NCBI GenBank assembly: GCA_010909165.1
Contig: MU008158.1
Span: 1,513,478-1,577,477 of the forward strand
DNA length: 64,000 bases
Reading direction: 5' to 3'
Origin: Anthoceros angustus
Taxonomy: Eukaryota; Plantae; Anthocerotophyta
This document shows, piece by piece, positions 12,473 through 25,339 of this stretch (positions are counted from its first letter, which is position 1; every line of letters begins with the position of its first letter). The position numbers and the translations under genes are program-made. Below the pieces are notes generated by a model. The model had not been told where the DNA came from. It did not search any database and saw nothing but the letters and a program-made list of their open reading frames with translations.

Positions 12473-12989
12473 TGCAACTTTGTTGTCCACTCGCATTTTC
12501 TCATGGCTTCAACATCCATCTGCATAATTGCCACACTACATCTCTTTCACATTTCACATGGATGGCTCGCGGGGAAAGCCGAACATCAACACGGCGTCCC
12601 GGATAGCGCAACCAAAAGAGCGAGAGGGCTGGCCGATGGGCGAGATCGGTAGAATACCGAGTTTAATGGCTCCGGTACTCCTTAGTGTATTCATGGATGC
12701 TAGTTCATATGGCTTCTCGCATCAAGAAATCACGTTCGAGTTCTGTCCAATTTTTGGTGGAAGTTGTTTGACTAAATGACACATGAAGGCATGTCTCTTG
12801 CACGAAGGTGGTGCATGTCTCTTGCTTGAAGGTGGTGCATCTCTCTTGCGAGGGTGTTGTGGAGTCTTGGTTGCGGCCGCCTCGTGCCGTTCCTAACTCT
12901 TGCTATGATTTATGTGAGAGCACGAAAGCAAGTTACTTGGGGCCGTGGCTTGTGTCTCTCTCATTGCCCGCGGTGGCTCGTGAATTTGT

Positions 12990-13380
12990 CAATGGCACTA
13001 CGCTTACAATGTGAATTTGTCAATGGCGGGCGGGCGTATAGCGTGCAAGATCGCTTTGCAATGGACCTTGTATATGAGACTACGTTGTGAATTTGGTGTA
13101 AAGCGTGCGAGGCTGATCCGGCCTTGTCATACATTTTACAACATACAAGTGCGCTTTGCAGCGGTGTGTTGTAAATTAGACTATGTTGTAAAATTCGTGG
13201 GGCCTATCTTGGCCTCTCTTAAACGCTTTACAATGTATGTGAGGTTTGCAATGGATCGTGTTGTAAATTAGATTAGGTTATGCGTATGTTGTAAAACATG
13301 AGAGAGGCCGATCTGGCCGTCTCAAACATTTTACAACGTACAATTGCTTACAGCGGACCGTGTTGTAAAACACGGTGTTT
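12990..13380. repeat. Cluster of GTTGTAAAA / TTTTACAAC repeats in both orientations (CACTA-like subterminal repeats)
   Basis: Repeated TGTTGTAAA(A/T) and TTTTACAAC motifs of the same type as at 17060-18249; no terminal CACTA found adjacent. Confidence 0.5.
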
Positions 13381-14469
13381 CCCAATTGAATGCTTTGTCT
13401 TGGGAGGAGGTGGACCGTCGGAGAGAAGGCGGGAGGAGGTGATGATCGGACGGAGGTGTGTTTGGGTATACCTCTTCACTCCCACTTGTTGATCATTTTG
13501 GAAAGTGATGCTCCAACAACGGATCATCTCCGGTCCTTGTAGGATGGAGTCGGGTGAAAGCTGCAGATGCATTGCGTTGCGCACGCTCCTCGCCCGGTAT
13601 ATATTCGAGCGTGCGTGAAACCAGTCCTCACCAGTGCGTTATATTCCTCTTCTTCATCTTCACGCCTGCAATTGGAGAAGGGGTTGTGGAGCGTAACACG
13701 GTCGAGATGTCCTCCTCTAAGGATGCGAACCCCGCCCGCCAAGAGACTCCCTAGGCGCTGCGGCAAGCAAGGCGGCTAGGACCGCCTCCTCTGCTGCTCG
13801 CAAGGGACCCGACGCTGTGCGGGAAGCTCGAGCCGACCAAGCAGGGCGCTCCACGCTGTGGCAGTCGAGGACTAGGCGAGGCCATAATCAGGAGGACATG
13901 GGAGGTCCTCCATTGCGCGCTTAGCTTCCACAATTTCTCCCACGCGTGCCCCTCGCCCTGGCAAAGGGAGCTCGGGGCCTCTGACCATGGGCTGAGGCTA
14001 TGTCTGACGGAGGTGAGGCCCTCACGGCCTCGAATTTCCCTCGAGGTAACCACGATAAGGATGTGAAGATTGTGAGCCTAGGCAGCACATACAGCCTCCT
14101 CTCCTATGATCGATGCAAGCATCTTGGGCGGTCATGAAGCGGATCAGTGCGTGATTCTGACTGTTCCGGTCATGTTGTAAGTCGCCATGCGTGACACGGG
14201 TTTTGCTTCATCTCTGCTCCTACTCCCACTCGCTCTAAAGCTATCTAATTGCTTTGTGTCTTGGAGGATCTGTCTTGAGGATTGAGGAGGATCTTGTTCC
14301 TCCAAGATTACATGTGCGGTGAGGACTCCGATGCTACGAAGGCCTCCAGAGTCCTCCGACTCGAGAGAATCCAAAAGGAAGAGTCCTCCGGAGACTAATC
14401 GGTGGGATTAGGTAGCAGGGCATGTAGGCTAGTTGGGGTTAGATAGGAAAGTTCCGGACTCTCCTAACC

Positions 14470-15250
14470 CCGGACCTCATGCTTCTCGTGCGCTCTTTTG
14501 AAAGAGCTTTCGTTAATATATCTGCAGGTTTTCTTGTGTAGGCACATACTCCGGTTGCTTTAACCTTCTTGCGTTTGGGATCTTTGAGCTCGGAAGTGAG
14601 ATCAAGATTACGGAAGTGAGGTGAGGAGTCAAAGTGTGAGCTCCTCTTCACTCGAAGGTCACCAGAGGATCCTTCAACCTTAGCGACTAAGGATCTAAAT
14701 ACTCCTATGTGTTTTTCTGGAATCACCTCAATCGCCATTACACTAATGACATTTCGTCACACATACAGTCCTTCAACCTCTTCCAGATGCGGTGACATTT
14801 CAACATTTCAACATGCCTCTACATTTGTTACGACTAACCATGCTTCGTGAAATCCCTCTAGATTGGTTTTTCAGCAATTCGGCATACTATGTAGATTATC
14901 GCAAGTGAAGGCCTATCGAAACTCTATACCTATTGCGTCTATTAGAAATTAGCTCGGCGAGGCGCCCCTTCGGCTGGATTGGCCATTTCATTAGGCGACT
15001 TTGTCGCTAATATGCAAGAACTACATATCATTGTATTACAAATCTTTATATGTAGCACATAATAGCTTGTCCTAGTGTATCTCCATTGGAATTGCGGAAG
15101 GCGCAATCCAAAAGGAAGTACACTAGGATTCCTACCTAGATTCGCAGTTGCTATAAAATTTTCAACCGTATACTCCCCGGCCTGGTTGAACTCACTACTC
15201 CACCATGGAGTAGCGAGATTGTATACATGTCTGACCAGCCCTTGATGAGT
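14470..15250 (-). mobile_element. Ty1/Copia RT-RNase H remnant
   Basis: EYVPTQEN-PADILTKALSKER at about 14555-14495 (Copia RNase H C-terminus) and MANPAEG upstream (RT). Confidence 0.85.
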
Positions 15251-15253
15251 CGG

Positions 15254-15645
15254 CCAATTTTACCCCTAGTCTACCTAACATGCATATATAGCCCTACATG
15301 CAATATCTAGAAAAGCGAATTCCCATGGTTCAAGGAAGTTGCCTTCCTCGGCCCTCGAAATAGGTTTCTATCTACATGCTACTTTTCCCAAGGACCAAGG
15401 AACATCCTTCCAAACCCAAGACCAAGGACTAGGTTTCTATCTACATACCATTTTCCCAAGGACCAAGGAACATCCTTCCGAACCCCGAAGACCAAGGACT
15501 CGAAATAGGCTTCTATCTACTTGCTACTTTCCCAAGGACCAAGGAACATCATTCCGAAACCCCGAAGACCAAGGACTTGAGTCTGTTTCTTCCCAAACCC
15601 CAAAGACCAAGGACTTGAGTCCTACCTATTTGAATAGATAGGACT
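15254..15645. repeat. Minisatellite block, copy 3
   Basis: Starts with the same GCCAATTTTACCCCTAG boundary as 2895. Confidence 0.85.
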
Positions 15646-16039
15646 ACCGGACTCGGGACTTGAGCGGCCACCGCTTCGGTGTGACCACACACCAACCTCC
15701 TCCCATCACCACTTCCTAGGACTCCCTCTTGTGCGTGGGAAACTAGGCGAGGTAAGAGGAGCTCGCTCACCGACATTCGATTCAAGGAGTCCGGTGAGGT
15801 CCTCGGGTTAAACAACATGTTCAAGCCGCTTGTTGGATGAGAAGCTTGTTTCTTTGAATATGCAGTGGGTCATTGTGCTTCTCCTTCCAAGTCGAGCTCT
15901 CCCAAGAAGCTGAGCACAGGAGGTGTGCCGGATTGGATATGGGAGTCGTGACACCGTAACCATCGACGTTATGTGAGTAGGGAAAGCTTCGAGGCCGTTG
16001 GAGCTCTGAAAATCTGGCGTGATAGACTATTCTATTCCT

Positions 16040-17020
16040 CACCCTTATATATGTGCTAAAACTTTGTGCGAGATAAGAAGGACATGGTTGTGGGATGACG
16101 TTCATGATCTCACAAACTTGGGTGGTCGATCACATACTTGGGGAACCATATCTTGCGGATGTATGTATCCGGAGGTAGGCTACGGAGGGTGGGCAAACCA
16201 AATCCCTTCATGTGGTTTTCAATAATCTCCGCACATGCTACACATGGGGAGCCTAATGAGGCGATACAACTTTACTATGCGATGTGTCGCTCGGTGTGGC
16301 GGATGCCACATCTTTGTAGCAGCCCTTCAAGCTTGTGCATTTCTTTGTGGACTGGAATCTAGCGAAAGTGCATGATATGTTGCAGTGACATTCCACCGAA
16401 CTTGTTTATTGCCAATCGGTGGACATGTGCAAACGTGGTGGAAGAGGCAAACACGGTTTTCGATAGGTTAGGCGAAAGGATGTCGTGACATGGGCGGCCA
16501 CGATAGTTGGGTATGCAAATCATGGGCTTGGCCAAGAGGCGCTTGTGTATGGACAAATGGAGAAGGAGGGCACGATTGTGGGCAACCATGTTACCTTTGC
16601 TTGCCTTCCAAGGCTGTAACGCAAGTGCCTTCTGAAGGCGGTGCACTCCGCAGTTGTGGAGAGAGGCTAGATAACACACTTGTGGGCACTTGCCGTGGAC
16701 ATGTAGGCAAAGTGTGGCGAGTAGAAGATGCGCATCAAGTTTTCAATGCTTGAGCCCAAAGGATGTGGTGACTTGGAATGCCACGATTCTTTGGGTATGG
16801 ACGAAGGGCTTGGTCAAGAGGCGCTATTTTTGTATGGACGAATGCAACAGGAGGGCTGCTTGTGGGTGATGAGGTTACTTTTGCTTGGCTTTTGAAGGCA
16901 TGTGCAAGCATTGGTGCCTTGAGGTGTGCACTCACACTTGTGCAAAGAGGACATTTGGATAACGTACTTGTGGGCGCTTCGGTGGACTGTATGCCAAGAT
17001 GCATGCCTGTTTTTTGACAG
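16040..17020 (+). pseudogene. PLS-class PPR fragment, longest copy (about 9 repeats, no insertion)
   Basis: Same motifs as 3680-4348 continuing KCGRVEDAHQVFN..KDVVTWNATI-GYG..GLGQEALFLYGRMQQEG..DEVTFAWLLKACASIGAL..LDNVLVGA. Confidence 0.9.
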
Positions 17021-17059
17021 CTAGGAAAATTCTTACACCGACATTTACAATGCGGCACT

Positions 17060-18249
17060 ATTTATAAATCGATAAATTTGTATAACATTTTACAATGTAT
17101 TTGCAATGAACATGCCACATCGCAATTTCACTAATATATAGCCTCATAAATGACATAAATCAGAAAGGTCTCTTCCACATATTTACGGCATTTGCGACAA
17201 GCATGCCACATCGCAATCTTACTAATATATAACCTCATAAATTACATAAATAAGGAAAAGGCATGCCACATCGCAATCTTACTAATATATAACCTCATAA
17301 ATTACATAAATAAGGAAAAGGCATGCCACATCCAATCTTAATATATAACCTCATAAATTACATAAATAAGGAAAAGGTCTCTTCCAAAATTTACAACATT
17401 TGCAACAAACATGCACATCAGCAAATAATATATTTATTCATGGATATTGGCTGGCTTGTGCATTTTACAACCATAGTTCTGACGCATGTGCCACGCGTCG
17501 AAAATATACAATAAAATGAATAATCCAATAATATAACATAAATTGAGAAACCATTTTACAATGATATTTGCAATGAGCTTGCCATGTCAGCAAATAATAA
17601 ATTTATTTATAGATATTTATATAAAATGGTTTTCATGCTTTTACAACCATAGCTACAATGCATGTGACACGTCGATAAATACAAAAAAAAGATAATCCCA
17701 TAACTAACATAAATCCAGAGAAACATATTTACAACATCATTTGCAACGAACTTGCCACATCAGCAAATAATAAATCTATTCATAGATATTCCAATAAATG
17801 GTATTATTCCAAAAATCAAGTCTTGCACAATTTACAACCACATCTACAACAAACATGGTTTACAACGTCTTTTACAAGTACCGTTTACAACATCCTTTAT
17901 GCCACGTCATTATAAATTCAACAAAATGTAGTTTTATTAACAAATAACCCCCATAGTTTTCTAAATCAAAAGAGTTTATGCACAATTAACAACGTGTACA
18001 ACAAGCCATGTCAACAAACCCCGTTGTAAAATTTGTGTCAACATGCCATGTCAACAAATCCCGTTGTAAAATTTGTCAACATGCCATGTCAACAAACCCC
18101 TGTGTAAAATCCATGCCACATCATATTAGTTAGGAACCCTTGTTGTAAATGTTCAAAAACTTACAAGGGCTTTGAGTGTAGTAAGAGTGTTGTAGTTTCC
18201 TCTAACTAAACTTAGACCCATTTGTAAAAGGTAGCCCCTCCTTGTAGTG
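17060..18249. mobile_element. CACTA terminus (TIR plus AT-rich subterminal repeats)
   Basis: Ends CCTCCTTGTAGTG at 18249 (reverse complement CACTACAAGGAGG); three 60-bp tandem units at 17201-17376; CATGCCATGTCAACAAA-CCCGTTGTAAAA units at about 18003-18110; many TTTTACAAC motifs. Confidence 0.8.
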
Positions 18250-18720
18250 ATATCATCCATGCTATCATAGCCATCTGTACTGCCCTCCATGCCATGTGAA
18301 ATGCCTCCAATGACGGCGTCATCCTCCGCAGCCGCATCTTGGCGTTTGCTCACCACGACCATCAATTGACTTAGTTACAAGCGAGACAAGATGATGGCGG
18401 GAGGAAATTGCGAGAAAGGTCACGCCCGTCGGCCGAGTCGTCCTCCATCCTTCGCGCAAACAATGCATTCGGAAATGTGAATGGGGCGGATGGGCCGCCG
18501 GGATCTGCAAATCCGACAGGGACATCGCATGTACACCTCCGCGCGTGCCCTAGGTGGCATCCAGCAAGATTCGCGCTCCCTGTTCAAAGAGCAAGTGTTG
18601 AGCGGGGAAAATTGAACACCGCCTTCGCCTCTCAGAAGGTGCTGTTTGCGGGACAGAGACTCCGGGCACGAAGGAGGAGGAGTGCAGGAAGCAGAAGGGA
18701 TGGTCGCTGTGCGTGGAAAT
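18250..18720 (-). pseudogene. tnpD: CACTA transposase N-terminus (transposase-associated domain, PF13963-like)
   Basis: MRCPCRICRS motif followed by acidic AEDDAVIGGISHGMEGSTDGYDSMDDI, cut at 18250. Confidence 0.7.
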
Positions 18721-21280
18721 GGCCAAATCCTAATGCCAGTTATAGCAATGAGGACAACTGCTTCGAGGAGTGCAAGCACGTGGCAGGCATTCGTACATCA
18801 TTGCCTCGCAACTAGCTCATTTGTAAAATCCCCTTATCTAATGAAATTCAAGAGCAATGGTTCATCCATTGATGGAGGAATGACAAGACAAGTCCGGACT
18901 AAAGTCAGATTTTCTTTGAAGGCTTCACCACCGTTTTGTCACATCATTTGGCAAATGCGATACACCTTCACCTCCACCTTCACCTCCTTCCACAATGGCG
19001 AGGCAAAAGCCGAAGCCAATCGGAGCATGTTAGGGCGTGAAGGGCGGGACCCGCAGCGTGCGCTTTGACCTCTGAGAACAACAGCACCCCGAACAATGCG
19101 GCCGTGTTATGCGTCATTGGGCTTGTGGCATGGATGCGAGAGGCGCGGGGAGGCGAGACTTGGAAGGCACACGGATCAACATCCGAGGAGCAGGCGCTAG
19201 CGTCGAGGCAAGGCACGCGTCGTCCGTGCGGGCCACCATCCTTATGCCGTGATCGACACGGACGTCTTTGGACGTCATAGCGGCGGTGGCGGAGCTAGAA
19301 GCAAGCGGCGGGCGGTGGTACAACAAATGGTTGCGTTTGCGGAGGCATAGCGGTTGAGAGACAAGCGGCAAGGCGGTTCACGGGGCAATCGAACTTGGAT
19401 CCCAGGACATCTTCCACCAAGCAGCGAACATGCAGTGGGTAGGCTACCGGTGGGCGATGATGGCATGGTCCCCCGGAAGTCCCAATGGATGGCGTCGGTG
19501 CCACATCCGGTGTGGTCCGCAAACTTGGGCGTCATGTCAAATGGGGATCACATGCTTGCAGGTGTACGAGGTGAAGGATGTCAAGCGGCCGAGTGTGGCA
19601 AGAAGGGATGGGCGTTAGTGCGGTGATGGAGGAGGAGGCGGGCGATGCACGCACCACCTTCGCGAAGGTAAATTTTGCGAACTACGGTCCTAGGCGCTTG
19701 TATTGCCATCTGAGCCGCCGGGCGAGATGGAGTTGTGGGTTGCTGTTCACCTCGGCATGGACTTCCAGGTCCTCGGCGGTGCAGGAGTTGGGTGTCCACA
19801 TCATCAAGGTTGTGCGAGGTGCATAAGCTGCACTGCGGTGAGTACAGTGTGCACATGCAAACCTCGAGGAGAGGATGTGGTTTGTCCCAAATGTGGCGAC
19901 CACAAGTTTGATGTGGGCGTTGAATTCGAGCAGCCATTGCACTAAAGGGTGGGAACTAGCAGCGGAGGATTCTTGAAGCGAGTCTTGTGCGGGGCGGGAG
20001 ATTGGCGATGGGGCGGAGGAGCAGGATATGGGTTCGGCATTTTGGGCCCACCACAGGCTAATGTTGTGGGACAGGGGCCTCAGTTGGCATGGTGGCCATT
20101 TGCGTTAGGCGCCGCAGATGACGGTGAGTGTTGGATAGTCAAGAGAGACATGGATGTGGCCAATGCATTCCCTCACCCATTTCAGTGCTATTCAACTACA
20201 ACAAATGGGAGCAATTTGTGTTATTGCGATTTCAAGCAAGCAGCGAGGCCGCTTCCAATTGTTGGAGGTGCAGCACATAGTGGAAGCATGCCACACAATG
20301 GGGGAACACGAACCACACGGCGCTAGCGGGAGGACCCACACTTGCCTGCGGTTGTGCTCACTGCTGCGGCCCGTGCGGCGGTCGGGCATGGGGTTTTGTC
20401 GAACCCATGAGCTGGCGAGAATGGCCAGGAGTTCCACACATGCGACATGTGCCGACAAGGTGATCACGACACAAAAGCAGGTGCGGTATGCACATTGTTC
20501 TGTATCTACATTCGCGAGCCTCACATGGGGGACTACATTGCCAATCGCAAGAGGAATTTTGTGCCATAGGAGCCATTGCCATCAATTTGCGGTGGGCGGC
20601 GTTGCGAATGGTGAGGCGATAGCATGTGCCAATCTGCATTGCTCTTGGCCTTGCTCACGGGCGGCCGCATAGTGGAACATCACGATCCCCCCATCATCGC
20701 GCCCCCGTTCCATGGTTGATGGAAAACAATGCCGGGAAGAGCACATTTTCCACTAAGAAAAGGACGACCTCACACATTCGTATATGGTCATGGAACAAGT
20801 GACATGAGGCCACCTGCGATACGAGCTGCAAACACGCGTGTGGTCCATAACTATGTCGGGACCGAATGGCGTGATTGTACAATTGGAAACCGTCACCTTC
20901 CACGGGGTTTGACATGCTATTTTCTAGCATTTCCATACGGTTAGCCAAAAGAAGGGGGTCCGGGTCGCTGAACCTCGACGCCTATCACGAAACTGACCAA
21001 TGACCACCCAATGAGTACAGTGCGTTCGACATCCGCGGATATCCATGCCGAATGGCTGCGGCAATGCGCCTCCCTCCTACGATTTGAAGGGTGCATTGAC
21101 GGAAGCGCTCGCTAATGGAACCATGCGCGACTCGATCGTATGATTACATCCATGTTATACAACTACAACATGATCAACACCTTAAACCCGATCCTCACAA
21201 GCCATTTTACTCATCAACGCACCAATCGTGAATAAATTTGTAACTACATTGTAACAAAGATATGGCAAGTTCTAGTAGTG
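18250..21280 (-). mobile_element. CACTA element 5' part, truncated by the nested CACTA at 18249 and inserted into Copia RNase H
   Basis: TIR TTCTAGTAGTG at 21270-21280 (CACTACTAGAA); transposase-associated domain EVYMRCPCRICRSRRPI at 18530-18490; the Copia reading frame stops at DVLTK right at the TIR. Confidence 0.85.
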
Positions 21281-22140
21281 TTTTGTTAGCACGTCCACCG
21301 TCATCTCTTCTGTCGGGCAATAAAGAACTATAAACTTGCCTTCGTCAACTACTTATCTTATAAAGTGGAATTGCACTTCCACACGCTTTGTCCGAGCATG
21401 GAACTTCGGATTATATGTAAGCACGATAACACTTTGATTATCGCAAAAAGCGGCCTAGGAATCCTCTGGATCTCGCATAACTCCGAAAGTTGGAGAAGCT
21501 GCCAGAGTCCGCCTTTGCATGCATGGGTCAAAGAGCAGTATACTTAGCCTTGGTTGAGCTGAGTGCGACTACCTGCTACCACTTACTACTCCAGCTTGTT
21601 GTCGTGCCTCCGAGTAGATATACATAGCCGCTTGTGCTCTTTCTATCGTCGATGTTGCTGGCCCACTCGGCGTCGGTAAAGCCTTCAAGTTGTAAAGGCT
21701 CTCCTTGCTTGATATGTGACTGGTAAAGCAACCTAGGTCCGAGGTTACTCTTAGGTATCTAAATATCCTCTTAACTGCCTTCTAGTGAGCTTGAGTAGGA
21801 GCTGATAGGAACTGTGATAGGGCTCCCACTGAATAGGATAGGTCTGGTCTACTACAACTATGAGGTACATAAGACTACCTACGGCTGAAGAGTAAGGAGG
21901 AGGAGTAGTGTTTGAAGTGTCATCATGTTGATCTGCTTCCTTACTAAGCTTAAGGTTCATTTCCATGGGTGTAGAGATAGGTTTAGCCTCTAACATCTTA
22001 AACTTAGTTAGAATCTCTTGAATATACTTGGATTGATGAATAAGAATGCTTCGGGCCTTTCTATCTCTTAGAACCTGGATGCCTAAACAGAAAGAAAGCT
22101 CGCTACAAGTAGTCATAGAGAAACGCTAAGCTAGCATAGA
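21281..22140 (-). mobile_element. Ty1/Copia RT-RNase H fragment
   Basis: ELSFCLGIQVLRDRKARSILIHQSKYIQEILTKFKM..PYSSAVGSLMYL; KRIFRYL..LEGFTDAEWASNIDDRKSTSGY..VALSSTKAKY..NPKFHARTKRVEVQFHFIR..CPTEEMTVDVLTK. Confidence 0.95.
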
Positions 22141-25100
22141 TCCGTCTCTTCTAATGGCCTTAGTAGTATATAAAACAAATGTCTGCAGAAAGGGGTTCTC
22201 TACAGTAATAAGGGTTTGGCTAAAATCCCGCTCTTTTCTTAAACAAAACGGCGGGATGTTTTCTGGTTTTTAGCATGTGCACTCGGCTTGGAATAGGCGA
22301 TCAATTCCGTGGTGCCCGTTCCGCATGCTTTGACCGCTAGAATATCTCCATGCACACGTAAATGATCCATTTAAGAAGGTGTATATGCAATGAAATATCT
22401 GTTTTGATAGGTTTTCAGCATGTCTCCATGTCATCCAAAACGCGGGGTTTGCTCGGTGGCTTGCCTCCGGATATGAGTGCGCGCATAAAGTGCGCACTCA
22501 CGTTCTCGCGCGGAGAATTATATATTGGGTCCGCAGTCTGGAGAATGATTAACATATGAAATTCTTGGACAAATGAAGTTTGCAAATCAAGTGCAATGCA
22601 AAAACCGCTTATTTTCAAATATAGGAAGTCCTCACTTGCTGGTTTATCGCAGATCATCTCTACCATTGTGGAAGACCACATGTGCACTAACCCCGCTCCC
22701 AAGTGTCGGGATGAACGGTTTTTGTTTTGGATGTGTTAGAATAGCAAAGTGCTTTGAGAATCGCGAGTCGTCTTTTATACGGAATGGTCCTTGGCCCTTG
22801 GAGATAATAATAATTTTTCGACCCTTAGGTTTGACCCGTGGGATAGAAATAGAGTCCTTGGGTATTGGAATTTTTAGAATAAAAGGTGTCTATATATGCT
22901 GGGATGCTCACAATATGCCCGCTTGAGTAGTCAAGTGGGGTGGTGGCTAGTTCCACCACGGTGGCCAACCAAGAAAGGCAGAAGCGGATACCACCGCGAG
23001 CTTGAGCAACCACCGTGGGGAAGTAACCACCACGGTGGCTAAACCACCACCGTCGTGGAAGCGAGGTGGGTGGGGAAGTCACCCACTGAGTGTGCGAGAT
23101 GGAGGGATCTCACAGAGAATCAGCAGCCCGCCCGATTGTCCACGGGAGGAGAGGGTAAGGACCTCTCTCGGAAGAGGCGATTGTAACAAGGTCTCTTAAG
23201 AAGTAGAGACACACTCCTCTTTTAGAGACGGATGTCCATTTGGTCACATTCGACCTACAAATTGGCAACCAATCTAATTTGGTGCTTTTCCAAAACCAAG
23301 GGCAAAACCCACTATTTCCATTTCCGTAGTTGTCAAAAGCATCTTTTCTACCTTTTGATGTCTTTTAACCCGTTAAGAAAGGTCCATGGTTGGATCAAGT
23401 TGGAAAATACCCCGCTTTAAGGCTTTTTAAGGGCATTTTCGCAAAAACCGCTTTGTCGCTTTGAATCTGGACATTTATGACAATTTCGGGACCAATGTGC
23501 TAAGTTGAAAAGCGCAATGCCACCTCAATATGCTAACACGGTTTTTGTACACATTGGTCCAAGTATGCCCGACATCCCCGCCTTACCGATCGCAAGGTTG
23601 TGGCACCATAAAAACAAGAAGGACATGTGTCTTCATGTCAACTACCCGACACACAAACATGCATGCACACATCGATTTGGTACTATAGTGGGAGACTAGA
23701 GGTATAAGACACCAATATCCCACATGGGCCATATGCCCAACTATATGTCCGCGTTCCAAACTATACAAAAATGCTCACATATATTAAAAGAAAAGTGCCA
23801 TGGCACCATATAACCGATCTGGGACAACCGTCACTTTTCGAATTTAGTCAAGTGACCCATACTCATAAGCGAAGAGACAAGGGTGTCGGACCTAGGTTGG
23901 ATCTGCAGTCTAAGCGCGAAGACAAGCTTTTCTTTTAAGCTGCCAAAGGCACCGGACATCCGGTGACCTTTGCACCACGTTGTCCACACAAAGCCAACAA
24001 TTTACGCCCACTACTGTTATGATCAAGTTTGAAGTCTACGGCCGGTGCTCTAGCACTCCACCCACACCAAAACAAGCTGCCTATCCTAGCCAGGGCTTCG
24101 TGGCTCCCAAAAAGGAGGGACCTCATCAACCGCTTGCTTCCCTCCATGTCTGACAACCTCCCGCCTATATGTTGGCACCTACATACATGAAGAGCAGCGA
24201 TCGGTCATTGGCTCACAAAGAAGACCTTACTACCCATGCAAGAAGAATAGCACCGGTAACATCAAGCGGATGCAACATCAACGGTGCGGCAACATCAAGC
24301 GGCGGATGCGGAACATCAACAACACCAAAACCAGCAATCACCGAGCCCGGCCTCATGATGCATTGAAACACCTTACTACCAAGCCTTCACTCACCGGAGG
24401 CTCGGCTTCACATCGAACCCTCTGTGCCAATGCCTTGGCATTTTCCTTCACCGCCACTGCGCAAGCTCCCTCGACGCCTTCTTGCCCCGCCTCTTCCTCT
24501 AGCTCCTCCTTCGTCAACTCCCCGGGCTTTACGGCGGATATGGTCGAACCTCCAGCTCCATCTCACCGCCTTCACCTCCTTCCCAGCCATCGTGAGATCA
24601 TGGCGGATGTCACGGGCCTCACGCCTCCCTCCTCTCGGTTATAGTCCTCACCTCCTGGGCTCCCTCAAAGAAACCCTTATCCCCACCTCCCCACGTGGAA
24701 CCACGCAGAGGCTTTGGGAGTGGCAAGCGGATGCCACTCGAATAAGGGTTGGCCACCAATGGCGATGATGCCTCGGAGGGACGCCCCACGCTCCCTCAAA
24801 GTGGCTCTCCTCCGCCTCTTCTGCAATGTCTGGTGACCCGTGGTGGGGGTGGCCGCCACGCCGGTCCTCATATCCGCTTTGGTCTGCAACAACACTCTTA
24901 ACACCCGTCTGGTGGGCGTCGGTTTTCGCTCACCTCGGCATACCACCGGAAAATTGACGACACAGAATGGATTCTTCCTCCCATGCGTGCCGCTCAAACT
25001 GGAAGGCAAACAGGGAATTGGTTGCGGCTGTTGTTGGAGAGTAAAGCGAGTACTTGGCAAAGGGCCAAAATACCACATGGCGTGTGTTGGGTTTACGCTC

Positions 25101-25339
25101 CCGCTCAACACCAATAGCTCAAAAGCCCGCTGCACCTCAAGCGCCGAGCCCGCACCCTATCACAAAAACCCAAATATGGCGAAACAAGCGGAATGCTCAC
25201 CACAATTAGAAACGACCAAGAGCTTTAGCACCGGACATCCGGTGCAAAAGGCACAATGCATCAGCATCAAAACTCTATGTCAAAACATGAACACGGGATC
25301 ACACATCCACATATACCCTAAACATCTATGTCACGACTA

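Noticed and set aside
13590-14440. 3' LTR and PPT of the Copia remnant at 14470-15250
   Set aside because: No clear polypurine tract plus TG start and no partner repeat in the window.
16040-17020. Functional PPR editing factor gene
   Set aside because: No clear start, internal deletions, no E/DYW domain, flanked by TE repeats; kept as a fragment, although sequencing error could hide a longer frame.
17056-17070. CACTA at 17056 as the left end partner of 18249
   Set aside because: It continues TTTAT, not CAAGG, and the flank CGG does not match ATA.
22150-22666. Helitron or MITE end interrupting the Copia RT
   Set aside because: An element boundary is likely near 22150-22165, but I found no convincing TC/CTRR terminus, hairpin or TIR; left unclassified.
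22667-23188. Solo LTR TGTGG...TAACA
   Set aside because: Flanks ACCAT and AGGTC do not match; the apparent CA end is the start of the Sola TIR and the LTR resumes at 37002.
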